A stretch of DNA of 64,000 nucleotides from Octopus vulgaris. Taxonomy: Eukaryota. The stretch's first letter is position 1, and each line of letters opens with the position of its first letter. The notes beneath the pieces were generated by a model that was given only the letters and a program-made list of their open reading frames with translations, was not told where the DNA came from and did not search any database. The translations under genes and the position numbers were made by a program. Positions 38,630-50,965 of this stretch are shown here, one piece after another. The stretch covers positions 50,716,001-50,780,000 of the forward strand of contig OX597826.1 of the NCBI GenBank assembly GCA_951406725.2, given 5' to 3'.

Positions 38630-39250
38630 TTTTATTTTTTATTTTTTTAAATTTTATCTAGTTTCAGCTCACGAGCTGTGGCCATGCTGGGGCACTGCCA
38701 TTCGGTGTTGCTACATGATTTTACTTCACGAATGCTTTTTAGCAATTGACATTTGGTGTATGAGAGAGTTTGATGTAGCTGCTCTCATCTGCACCTCCTG
38801 CCGTGAAGTTGGTTCATCTGGGACACCGGACAGGAAGAGATCCAGTTTTATTTTAAAGACATCTGCATCTACCCCATGCAGGTCCCTCAGGTCCTTCGGG
38901 AGGATATTGAAGAGCTGTGGACCTCTGAAGCCCAGGCTATCACAGTATCTTGTCCTACATCTTGATGGCAAATTTGGAGTCCTTGGCACTATGCAGTGGC
39001 GCCCAGTTCTAGTATTTGTGTAACTCTTGATGCCAAAGTTTGGGACAAGTCCTTCCAGGATCTTCCAGATGTATATTATGGCATATCTTTCCCGCCTACG
39101 CTCTAAGGAATAGAGTCTTAATCTCTTGAGTCTTTCCCAATAGCTTATATGCTGCACAGGGGCTATCTTCTTCGTGTAGCTTCATTGGATCGCCTCAAGT
39201 TCTGTGATTAACTTGACACTGGTTGGTGACCATAGCTGAGAGCAATAGTC
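38630..39250 (-). mobile_element. 5'-truncated CR1/L2-like LINE (ORF2 C-terminus and 3' tail)
   Basis: YWERLKRLRLYSLERRRERY...IWKI...RGPQLFNILP...FKIKLDLFL, then a short 3' UTR with a stem-loop and an A-rich tail. Confidence 0.85.
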
Positions 39251-40313
39251 AAATGTTGAACATTTTCAAAGTTGCTTTGTCATTCTCATAAACTGGGAAT
39301 TTATGTTACATTTTACCTTTTACTAACTATATTTCTATTGAAATACACTGCCTTTATCTTATTAATTTGAAAATAACAAAGAGTTTATTAATATGGTGTT
39401 TATAATGGTAGTTATTTTGGTGTTTAAGGTGATGAGCTGGTAGAATTGTGAGTTGAGCAAAATGCTTAATGGCATTTTCAATTCAAATTCTGCCATTTAT
39501 CCTTTTGGAATCAACAACATAAGTGCCAGTTGAACAGTGGGCCAGTGTAATCAAGTTACCCCCCACCCCTTAAAATTACTGGCTTTGTGCCAAAATTTGA
39601 AACCAATGTTAATCTGGTGTTTGGATTATAAATTAAGTTGAAATTTTTACGGAAAGTTTTAATTTAGATAATTTTGAAATAGAAAATTTATATCAGAACC
39701 AGGGGCAATCTCAGGTTGGTATCAAAAAGGGCTGAATACGACTAAGGAAACTTTCAACACATATCATGTATTAAATCATCTCATTTAATATTCAATTTAT
39801 TATAGACATATTCGTTTCTACTTTTGTTATTTGAATTATTATTCTTTTGCTTGTTTCAGTGATTTGACTGCGGCCATGCTGGAACACCAACTTAAGAAGT
39901 TTTAGTCGAACAAATCGACCCCAGGACATTCTTTGTAAGCCTAGTACTTATTCTATCGAACTCTTGTTGAACAGCTAAGTTACATGGATGTAAACACACC
40001 AACATCGGTTGTCAAGTGATGGTGTGGGGGACAAACACAGACATATATACACACACACACACACACATATATATATATGGTACATAAAAAGCACCAACTG
40101 ATCGTGACCGCTGCCAGCCTCCCTTGGCACCTGTGCTGGTGGCATGTAAAAAGCACTCGCTTCACTCACGGAGTGGTTGGTGTTAGGAAGGGCATCCAGC
40201 TGTAGAAACACTACCAGATCAGATTTGACCCTGGTGCAGCCTCCTGGCTTCCCAGACCCCGGTCGAACTGTCCAACCCATGCTAGCAAAGAAAATAAACG
40301 TTAAACAATGATG

Positions 40314-40369
<56 letters not shown>

Positions 40370-40815
40370 TAGTTAGGGAATGTAATAATTCCAAGTTTAC
40401 AAGGGAAAAATTTTCAATTTAGCACACTAAATCAAAATTCACATTATATTATATATATATATGACAAACCCCTTTCAGTTTCCATCTACCGAATCCACTC
40501 ACAAGGCTTTGATCAGTCCGAGGCTATAGAAGATACTTGCCCAAGGTGACATGTAGTGGTAACGAACCTGGAACCATGTGGTTGGGAAACAAGCTTCTTA
40601 CCACACAGCCACACCTGCACCTACTTTATGTTATATTATTATGTTATGTATTCATTTATATCTTGTGTTTGTGTTATTGGTTAGAAGCTTCCCAGAAGCC
40701 TAGCTTTGGCTCATTCTTTGTATTGCTTTCATTTTCTCTTCTGTTCTAGACTCAACTGAATGTAATTAATGAGACACAACAGCAGATCTTGAGAGGTGCC
40801 ATTGGTCAGTTTCAA

Positions 40816-40869
40816 ATGGCAGCAGCCAATCAGAGCCTCCGGCCCAAAGTTGTGGCCTTATATAAAACA
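40816..40869 (+). CDS. ETFRF1: ETFRF1/LYRM5 first coding exon (exon ~40750-40869)
   Basis: MAAANQSLRPKVVALYKT with the LYR-type motif (LYK); acceptor ttctag at 40749, donor ACA|gtatgt; phase 0. Confidence 0.9.
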
Positions 40870-41149
40870 GTATGTAAATTGATCTCAGTTACCCCATTAT
40901 TGTGTGTGCATGTGTGTTTCAGGAAGTTAAAAGTTATGGCTGGTCATAGAGTGACCATTAGTTTTACATCTACAAAGAACTTGGCAGTATAGGTGACTCA
41001 TCGCTTTATAGGAGTGAAACCAGTGGTCACTACGATTGGCCATAACAATTAACTTCCTAAATAATATATTACTGCTCTAATGCTTTAGAGTATGCTTCTT
41101 TTTCAGATATATGAACTACTGACTATATATATATATATATATATGAAAA

Positions 41150-42230
41150 TCATCATTTAGTGTCTGTTTTCCTTGCTGGAAAAGCTGGTAAGCCAGTGAG
41201 CTGTACCAGGCTCCAATCTGATTTTGGCTTGGCTTCAACAGCTGGATGCTCTTCCTAATGCCAACCACTGTAAGAATGTAGTGGGTGCCTCTTATTTGTC
41301 ACTGGCACAGGTACCTCCTATTTGTCACTGGTACAGGTGCCTCTTATGTATCACCAGCACAGGTGCCTTTTATGTGTTACTGGCACTGTCCATGACTACA
41401 ATTTCACTTGGCTCAATGAGTCTTCTCAAGCACAGCAAATTGCCAAAGGTCTTGATCATTTGTCATCACCTCCGTGAGACCCAACATCTGAAGATCATGC
41501 TTTATCACATCACCTTGTCACATGTCATCTTGGGTCTACCTCTTCCACAGGTTCCCTCCACAGAGATCTGCAATTCTTTATGCTGCTGCCCTCATCCATA
41601 CACATCATGTGACTATACCAGTGCAGTCTTCTCTCTTGCGCACCACAGCTGATGCCTCTTATGCCCAATTTTTCTCTCAAGATGCTTACTCTCTCATACA
41701 TGCACACTGACATTGCACATCCAGCGACACATACTAGCTTTATTTCTTTCAAGCCTTCATATGTCCTCGCCTGTCACAGCCCATGTTTCACTGCTATGTA
41801 GCATGGCTGTTTGCACACAAGCATCATACAATCTACCTTTCACTCTGAAGGAGAAGCCCTTTGTTACCAAAGGTAGAAGCTCTCTGAACTTTGCCCAAGC
41901 AACTAAACTTTGAGCATCCACCACCACTACTAACTTGGTCACCCAGATAATGGAAGCTATCAACTACTTCTAAGTATTCCCCCTGGCATTTGATGAAGTC
42001 TATTTTCTGTACATTTCTAGTGTTTATTGTACCTATACATCTGCCACACACAAAAACTGCTTTCTCTGTTAACCTTCCTCTGATATTGCTGTACCTCTTA
42101 TGTGTCCATAGCTGGCACCGGCTGCACCTTATCAAATTTCTACCGCTGCCTTTTCTACATATCGAGTAGGGCCATCTCCTTGAAGGGGTCTATGATTTGT
42201 CTGTTTTCCTACTTACTAAGACCTTGGTCT
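41150..42230 (-). mobile_element. RTE-clade LINE 3' fragment
   Basis: EVVDSFHYLG, AWAKFRELLPL, KGRLYDACVQTAMLHSSETW, ERRLHWYSHMM, plus the 3' UTR shared with many short copies in the window. Confidence 0.85.
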
Positions 42231-42524
42231 TTGCTATATATATATATATATATTTTAAAATGTATACTCATGAGAGATATTAATGTTAGTGGCTGCCCAG
42301 CTAAATCCGAATAGGCAAAAACGATGATGATGATGACATATATAAAAGAAATATATATAAAAGAACTTTATATAATAAGGATGCTTTTTTAAGCACCAGC
42401 TTTGCTAAAAATAGGAGTCAAAAACTCTGAAGCTGCAAAAAATTAAGATTATATATTCACAGGTATGGTTGGAAAAAAAATTAAGTGAAATAAGGATTGC
42501 GTCTTACCTCTGCAACATTGCAAG

Positions 42525-43328
42525 AAGGAATGTCAGTTAACATGGTATCAGGATTTCAAATTTAGCGCCAAAAATATGCTTTATTCTCCTTAGTTAAGTC
42601 TACTAATAGCAAATTCACATATCACTTTGTATCACTGTTCTTTTATCATCATCATCATCGTTTAACATCCGTTCTCCATGCTAGCATGGGTTGGACGGTT
42701 CGACCGGGGATCTGGGAAGCCGGAAGGCTGCACCAGGCTCCAGTCTGATCTGGCAGTGTTTCTACAGCTGGATGCCCTTCCTAACGCCAACCACTCCGTG
42801 AGTGTAGTGGGTGCTTTTTACGTGCCACCTGCACGGAAGCCAGTCAAGGCAGCGCTGGCATCGGCCACGATTCGGATAGTGCTTTTTACGTGCCACCGGC
42901 ATGGAAGCCAGTCTAGGCGGCGCTGGCATCGGCCACGTTCAGATGGTGCTTTTTACATGCCACAGGCACAGGGATCACAACTGCAGTTTCCATTGATTTT
43001 GATGTTGGTGTACTTGACTCAATGGATCTCCTCAAGCACAGGGTCGAAATGGTGTTTCTTCACTTGCCACCTGCACAGGAGTCAGTCCAGCGGTCCTGGC
43101 AACTGCCGGGTGCCAGGACCGCTGGACTGACTCCTGTGCAGGTGGCAAGTGTTAAAAAAATTGTATCCACTTAGTTGTTTTCTCGGTGTGGCTTGGGCAC
43201 TGAAACAAACACAGGCATTGGTTGAAGCGATGTGTGAGTTTGCTATTAGTAGACTTGATTGAGGAGAATCAAGCGTATTTTTGGCGCTAAATTCGAAATC
43301 ATGGTATCAAGTTAACTGATATTCCTTC
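42525..43328. mobile_element. MITE-like inverted repeat interrupted by an RTE-tail repeat
   Basis: Inverted arms of ~100 bp (AATTTAGCGCCAAAAATA / TATTTTTGGCGCTAAATT; AAGTCTACTAATAGCAAA / TTTGCTATTAGTAGACTT). Confidence 0.7.
43061..43151. repeat. Perfect 41-bp inverted repeat with 9-nt loop
   Basis: CACTTGCCACCTGCACAGGAGTCAGTCCAGCGGTCCTGGCA-actgccggg-exact reverse complement. Confidence 0.97.
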
Positions 43329-44366
43329 ATATAAATATATACATACTAATGAAAGATATAAATGTTAGTGGCTGCAAGCTAAAACTGTATTGGGAAAATT
43401 CATATATATATATATCATCATCATCATCATCGTTTAACGTCCATTTTCCGCGCTAGCACGGGTTGGACGGTTTCGACCGGGGTCTGGGGAGCTAGGGACT
43501 GCCCCAGGCTCCAGTCTAGTCTGGCAGTGTTTCTACAGCTGGATGCCCTTCCTAACGCCAACCACTCCGCGAGTGTATTGGGTGTTTTTTACGTGCCACC
43601 TGCACAGGTGCCAGAAGGGTCTGGCATCGGCCACGTTCGGATGGTGCTTTTTTTATGTGGGGGGGGGAAGAAATATATAGGGGAGCACCAGTGGGGAGGG
43701 GTGGTTCAGAGAAATGATGACAGGTTCTAGGCAAGTAGAACGTAGGATATCAAGAGAGGGGTAATGCATGGTGAAATAGCGTATTGAAGAGGGGGGTTCG
43801 AAGAGTAGACACCTATAATGGTGGTGGGAGAAGCGACATCCGGTATAGATGGAGCAAAAATATAGAGATATCCGGTATTGGTGGTGGGGGTGGGCAAGGG
43901 CGGGTGCACCGGGAATATGCGAAGGTTGAACTGACGGGCTGGCTTAAAAATGCTCTTAGCAATGGAAGGGGGGAATGGCAGACAACGTGAGAGAGGGAGA
44001 GAGAGAGAGAGAGAGAAGGGAACAGTGGAACCCCGCGAAAATGGGCCGCCATTGAAAAAAAAACCCCTGTATGGAGAAATAATATGCAATACGAGGCGAA
44101 GCTGAAAATAGTAATAATAATAATAATAATAATAAGCAAACTGTCGACCAGGGGATCAAAGGGACAATACTAATACTAATAATAGTAATAATAATAATAA
44201 TAAATAATAAACAAAACAGCTCAACCACAACATTAGATTAGAAAGACTCTTATCTTGGGAACATTTCGTTCTTCGGCCTGACACGGGAATATGCGAAGGT
44301 TGAACTGACGGGCTGGCTTAAAAATGCTCTTAGCAATGGAAGGGGGGAATGGCAGACAACGTGAGA

Positions 44367-44409
<43 letters not shown>

Positions 44410-44749
44410 GAACAGTGGAACCCCGCGAAAATGGGCCGCCATTGAAAAAAAAAAAAAAAAAAATATTTCCTAATATAATAACAAGCATTGTATTTTTATA
44501 TATTTGTGTGTGTGTATATATATATGTCCAAAATCATGCAGTTGGTGGGAGTAAGAGAAAGAATCTAAGTGAAGGGAGAGGAGAGAAAATAGTAATTCAG
44601 TGAAGGAGAAGTAGTGAGAGTAATAGCCATGACAGAGGGAATGAGAGAAAGTAAAAAGCAATGAGAGAGAGAGAGAGTGGCAAAGAGAGTGTTGCCTACA
44701 AAGGCTTCTTGTTTCACGGGTGAAATGTTTTGTTTACATTTTATGAAGA

Positions 44750-47632
44750 TCATTTTCTCTAATATTTCGGTTCCAGTGTGTGTGTGTGTATATTTACAGT
44801 ATATAGTGTTTGTTATCAGTTCACTGATAATTTTAGTTATCAGTAATCCTATAACCTATATACAGTATATGGTATTTGTTGGCAGAGGTAAAGAATATGC
44901 ACACCATCTGTTTTTGGTGTAATCCTAACCCTAAACACCAGGTGTGTGTATTCTTTACCTTCGCTGTGTTTGTTATTAGTTCACCGATATTTTTAGTCAT
45001 CTGTACTCTCATAACTTATTTATCGTATATAGTGTTTGTTATCCATTCACTGATATTCTTTCTTCTGCTATGGAGAATGAAACAGACAGAAGGCGACTGT
45101 TAGCCAGAGAGAGACCAAGGCGAAGAACAGCCAGTCTCACTCAGGAAGAACTGGATGCAAGAAGATTAAAAAATATATTATTAAATCAATCACAAGAGTA
45201 CAAGATGCATGACGAAAGGCTCAAGGGCATCAAAATGAAAATAACCTCATTACACAAAGGAGAGACATCCAAAGACAGAGAGCAGCACAAAAGCACCAAG
45301 ATGAAACAGAACAGTAAGCAGCAGAGAGGAGAGAAGATCTAAGAATATGAGCATCATAAAGGGCTTCCCACATGCATCCTGTTGAGGGCCAACAGAAGCA
45401 ATTTGCTCAACTGTATGTTGTTGACAGTGTTCAAGCCACCACAGTGCAGACTCAAAATGCAGTAAATTAAAAATGTATACCTGAGGTGATGCACAGATTG
45501 GATGAGATTATCAGAGAGAACAATGTCTATGCTGCCTCTTACAGGACATTATGAGAAGTAGAACAGCATGAGGAGCAGCATGTCCAACTGGAACAGAGGC
45601 CTATGTCTGTCATAAACTTGATCTTCAACAGGGATCGCACTGCTGATAGGCAGAAATACAATTTACCAACAGTTAATGAAATAGCTATGGTGTTCAGCAA
45701 TACTGACAGCGAGCCACCATTCAACAGAGATTTCAAGGTTTATCCAAGAAACAATGAAGTTCCTGTGATCAGTCTGAACATTCTTGGCCCCAACTTCAAC
45801 CCAATGACATATGTATTGTTCTTTCCATATGGTGAGCTAGGTTGGCAACCATATATGATTAGTAATAAAAATAGAGCAAACTCAAGGCAGAATGTTACAA
45901 TGCTCCAACATAAAGTATCTCTTAAAGCAGTCAGAGATGGTAAATTCAACCCAGTTATCCATAGAGGCAAGCTCTTCCAGCAATGGGCAGTAGACTCTTG
46001 CCTGCAAGTTGAAGGTAACAATATCAATTTTGTGAAGAACCATCAACACAGGTTAAAAGCAGAACAATACTGTGGTCCTGCTGATCGTTTACGGAATGCT
46101 GGTAATGCTGCAAATGCCCACCTGTTGATTATTTTGCACCCTGATGATAAATTGGATGATCCTGAAAGAATTAATTAAATTGTCTGTGCCGAGATCCTGG
46201 ATCCCATCACTGAACCTTTACTACATGAAACAGTAAAAAGGTGCATGATTCATGAGCCCTGTGGTGATCTCAACCCTGCTGCTCCCTGCATGGAAAATAA
46301 CAAATGTCTTAAAGGAGTATCAACAAAAGACAAGGATAAACCCAAATGGTTACCCGTTGTACAGGCGACATTGAGGGGCAACCATGCAATAGACAACTGA
46401 TATGTAGTGCCCTACAATAAATATCTGTGCTATTCGTTCAATGCTCATATTTGTGTTAAGATCTGCCTCTTCGTTTCCTCTGTGAAATATATTTACAAGT
46501 ATATCTACAAGGGTTATGACTCCATCAATGTTGACATCAATGAAACAGCTTCAAACAATGAGATTAAGCATGATGAAGTGCGCAACCATTCAGATGCTAG
46601 ATATGTGAGTGCTCCTGAAAGTAGGTGGTGCTTGTTTGAGAATAAAATGCATGACAGATCTCATTCAGTTAGTTGTCTGTCTGTCCATCTTCCACAAGAG
46701 TAATTTATATACTTTGAAGAGGGTCAAGAAAGACAGGCACTTGAGAGAGCAAGTGACAGCTTGGTATTTTCTGAATCAAACAGATGAAAATGCCCGGAAC
46801 TTGCATTATTTGGATATTCTGTACAGTAATGTCTTCAATAAGCAGATTACTGTATGGAAGTGTAGACAAAGAGGAGGCAATAAAGTCACTTCCACACTGT
46901 ACACCATTAGCCCGAAGGATGAGGAACAATTTTATTTGAGACTGTTGTTGTTGTTGCACGTTGCTGGAGCTCAAAATTATGAGGATATGATGGTGTAGTC
47001 TGCAACTCGTTTAAAGAAGCTGCTCTCTTAAGAAATTTAGTTCAAAATGATGAAGAATGGCACAGGTGCATAGAAGAAGCGTCCTTTACAAGTATGCCAT
47101 TTCACCTAAGACAATTGTTTGCTCTCATTTGCATCTTCAACACTCCAACTAAACCTTTGCTGTTGTACAACCAGTTTAAGGAAGAGATGATTAACAATTT
47201 CACAAGAATTAACACTCGAGAGGTGGCCATCCAGAGAGCATTAAATGAAATTGAGTCATCACTGCAAGTACATGGGCTATGCTGCAGAAATTTGCATCTT
47301 TCAGTCCCAGCTGTAGCAGCCTTTCATGAAGTAACTGCTGAAAAAGAACAATGTTAAAGGAATTGGTATTGAGCGGTGCATTGCATCCTTCACTGGGGGT
47401 CAGCACCAAGTCTGTGAACACATTACTGCAACCATCAATGATGATGAAAGACTAAGTAGATTCTTTTTCCTTGATGACCCTGGAGGTACAGGAAAGACCT
47501 ACCTGTACAATACATTGATAGCTTCTCTAAGAAGGCAAAACAAGTGTGTCTTCTCCTATGCTCAAATAACCTTAACATACCTATATGTGTGACTGTATGT
47601 CAGTCACAAACTATGAGTACGGTTATTGTTAG
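44750..47632 (+). mobile_element. Helitron RepHel pseudogene within the ETFRF1 intron
   Basis: Broken ORFs with Helitron motifs YNLPT.NEIA, YVLFFPYGE.GW, LFQQW.VD, HLLIIL, VPYN, KYIYKYIYKG.D, YLRLLL, LRQLF and PIF1 Walker A FFLDDPGGTGKTYLYN (~47463-47515). Hairpin TGTGACTG/CAGTCACA (47588-47608) before a TTAG terminus-like end. Confidence 0.92.
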
Positions 47633-48346
47633 TTCTCCTGTCCAGAAATCGTGTACTCATTTCACATCTTTGAAACAGATGTTTTGCTTGAAAAATAGAT
47701 AAGGGTTAGTGACAGGTAGGACATCCAGCTGTAAAACAATGCCCTCAGTAATATATTCATGTAAGCTATGCAAGCATGGAAAAAAACAGATGTGAAATGA
47801 AAAGATTGCAACTTGTTTTTAATTTTGGACATTTTGTTGATGTTTAACCCCAAGTCAGTAATGAGATTGAGCAGACCTATGATCAAAGGCATACCAATTG
47901 CAGCCATTGCCACTTTTATTTTCAGATACAGTGCATCTAAGAAAACAATGTGTTTTTTTTTTTTTAAGATTATAGAGCATGGTTTAAAGGAGATTTGGCT
48001 GGGTTTTTGTTTTCTAGCAGCTACAAAATGACAAAATTTAGTATTATTGCTGTGTCCATGTTCTGCTGGGAAGAGATAAGAATGACTGTTAATACTTGCA
48101 GGAAATGCACTGGATTTTAGAGGTCCAACCCATACTGTATCTACATAATATTGATGTGTATAGATAATTATTTTATTTATTATGTCTAATATTAGATCAG
48201 CATACCAAAATGATTGTTAGAATATTAATGATAATGGTAAATGCACTAAATACTTCTATTGTCTAAGAATATTCTTAAAATGTTCCTGCTTCAGTGTATA
48301 TTTTCTCTCATCTCTCTGATTGATGTCTTATTTTACTATTTTCTAG

Positions 48347-48556
48347 TTATTACACTTGGGAAAAGATTATCCAAAAGGTTATGAATATTTCCGGACCAAG
48401 TTAAAAACTGTTTTCATTAAGAACCAGAACCTGACAGACCCCAAGGACATTGAACTGATGATTGCCCGCGGTGAATATATTGTTAAAGAGCTTGAAGCTT
48501 TATACATGCTGAAAAAATATCGCACACTGAAACGACGCTACGGCGATGTGAAGTAG
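48347..48556 (+). CDS. ETFRF1: ETFRF1/LYRM5 terminal coding exon
   Basis: LLHLGKDYPKGYEYFRTKLKTVFIKNQNLTDPKDIELMIARGEYIVKELEALYMLKKYRTLKRRYGDVK*, a close match to LYRM5. Polypyrimidine acceptor ttttctag; AATAAA at 48884-48889. Confidence 0.95.
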   Translation, partial: LLHLGKDYPKGYEYFRTKLKTVFIKNQNLTDPKDIELMIARGEYIVKELEALYMLKKYRTLKRRYGDVK

Positions 48557-50931
48557 TCACTGTGTGACTCTACAAGTTGTTTTTCTTCAAACAACAAACC
48601 ATGGCTAAATCTGTGACCCAACATTTTCGGAAACATGGTTTATTGTTTGTGGAAAAATTACCTCAGACATTATTTGTCTTTCAATGTCTTTAAGAGAATG
48701 GTGCAGAGTTTGTTAGTGTATCTTTCCTTACATTGGTGCTGTGGGAAAGAATTAGGAAATATCATTTCGAATAACTAAAATGATAATTAGTTGATTTTGG
48801 ACAACAAAGTCTTTTATTATGAATATTTGGTTAGCATTGTGTCACTGAAGTAAAAATAGAGATACATTTATAAATAATTATTAAATAAATTGTTGATAGA
48901 GTATTCGTTATTATTGGAAAATTATATGTACTTATTAAACTGTTGTTTATTTTCTTCCTTTCTCACTGTTGGTGTTTAAAAGCTGTTTCGTTGATTCCAT
49001 CCTGAAAAGTTTCAATCTAACATATTTATGGAACTGTAAATAATATTAAAAAATGTTATTGTAAATTATTGTCATTAATATTATTCTGCTTCTCATGGTG
49101 TTTGTATGTTGGAGTGCTAGGCATTAAACAATTTCAAATGCAGGAAAAAAAAAGATATAATTAAAATACAGGATGCAGCAGAAAAAACCTCTTATATTGT
49201 ACAGAGTCATTGGAATGGCATTAGTGAAGTAATGCAGCTGGTAATAGTGTCTTTATGTTAATAATGCTTTACCATTTTCCTTCAGTTACCATCATGGTTT
49301 GATCTGGTGCACATTGTATGTTTGCTGTTGAAACATTTGTTGAGAGTGATGAACAAGAGGTTCTTGCTGCTGCATCCTGTATATAACATAATAAAACAAT
49401 GTCATGTTGTTCTGTAAATTTATGCATCAGAATAGAAAAGAAAATTTGTAAGACACAAAATTTCCACAGGTCCCACTAGTATGAAATAATTTGCTTCGAG
49501 CTTGTTCCTCACATCAGTTGCTCAGTTAATCTTGTGTCTTATGTAGGACAGAAATCAAAGGTTTGCCATTCTTGCCCATTTTAGATCAGTTTCTGAATGA
49601 TATTTCAGGGGTGTTTCATAGTCTTGGATTCTCCCCTTCCACTATTTGATACTAAGTGTTCTTCATGCTGTGCCTCTGCCATCTTCCCTGTGTTGACCAA
49701 TAAAGGATGGTCCAAGTGAAGATGATATCACAATCTCTTCAGATGACACGACTCCATTTCCATCACCTCTTTTTCTCTACACCAAACAAGTAAGTGTTGA
49801 CTGGAAAAGGTATGAGGTTAGGAGATCTACACCAGTCATAGGCAAAACTGCAGCTCGCATGACTTTCTGAATGGTACACCTAATGAAAAATTACCTTGGT
49901 CTTCTTTTTATAGTATGGCCTGCTTGATGATGAACCAGCTCTCATGTGGCTCACTTCTTGAAAAAGAATACTCTTAACTAATCTACACCAAACAAGTAAT
50001 TGTTGACAGAAGGTGTTTGTCCAGTAGTTCCATGCTGCTAGCATGGGTAAAGTGGTTTGATAGGATCTCCTGTGCCCAAGGACTGCATCTTGCCCCAGTA
50101 TCTGTTTTGACATGTTTTCTTACAGTTGGCTTCCCTTCCTAATGCGAATCACTCTACAATGTGTGTTGGTGACTTTTTTCATGCCATTGGCATTTGTCAG
50201 TCACCATGCAAGAATATGGACCCTGAGAAGGGTAGCTTTATGCTAGGAGATGAAGAATAGAGAAGGGTAAATTGTGTATATGTCATCATTCAACATTCAC
50301 TTTCTATGCTGGCATGGGTTGGATAGTTTGACAGGTATCAGTGAGCTGCGAGGCCATGTTGAGCTCTGATATCAGCTTTGGTATAGTTTCTGTGGCTGGA
50401 TGCCCTTCCTAATGCCAACCACTTTATAGAGTGCATCAGAAGCTTTTTGTGCCACTGGCAGTTGTGAGGCTGCTGTGTAATCTTGCAAGGCAGGAAGAGA
50501 ACAGGGGAAAAAGAATAAGCTCATACTACTAAGAGGGGAGTGCTTGAATGAAGAAGGTGGCAGTGGATGACTTTTATGCCAAGTGTCGAAAGGCTAAAGT
50601 AAGATAGTGTGATAAGCAGAGGTGTCATACCTTAGAGGTGAAACATGGCTGAAGGAAACAGAAGGAAGGTTGTCAGGGGTGCTAGAGCACACTCTCAAGG
50701 TACAAGAGGGGGAGCATAAGAGAGGATACAAACAGTGGATACTTTCATAAGAGGACATTGTTAAAGATAATGGTAGAGATGAATATAGTGAGTGAGGAAC
50801 AAGAGTGGAAGTAGCTGAAAGGAAATGACAGTATGGAGAGAGGTCAGGTGAAAGATATAGGAGTGGGTCAGGAAGAAGAACAGTTCAGAAAGCAGTGAAA
50901 TCATATGCAAAGTGTAGGAGCAGTGGAGAGG

Positions 50932-50965
<34 letters not shown>

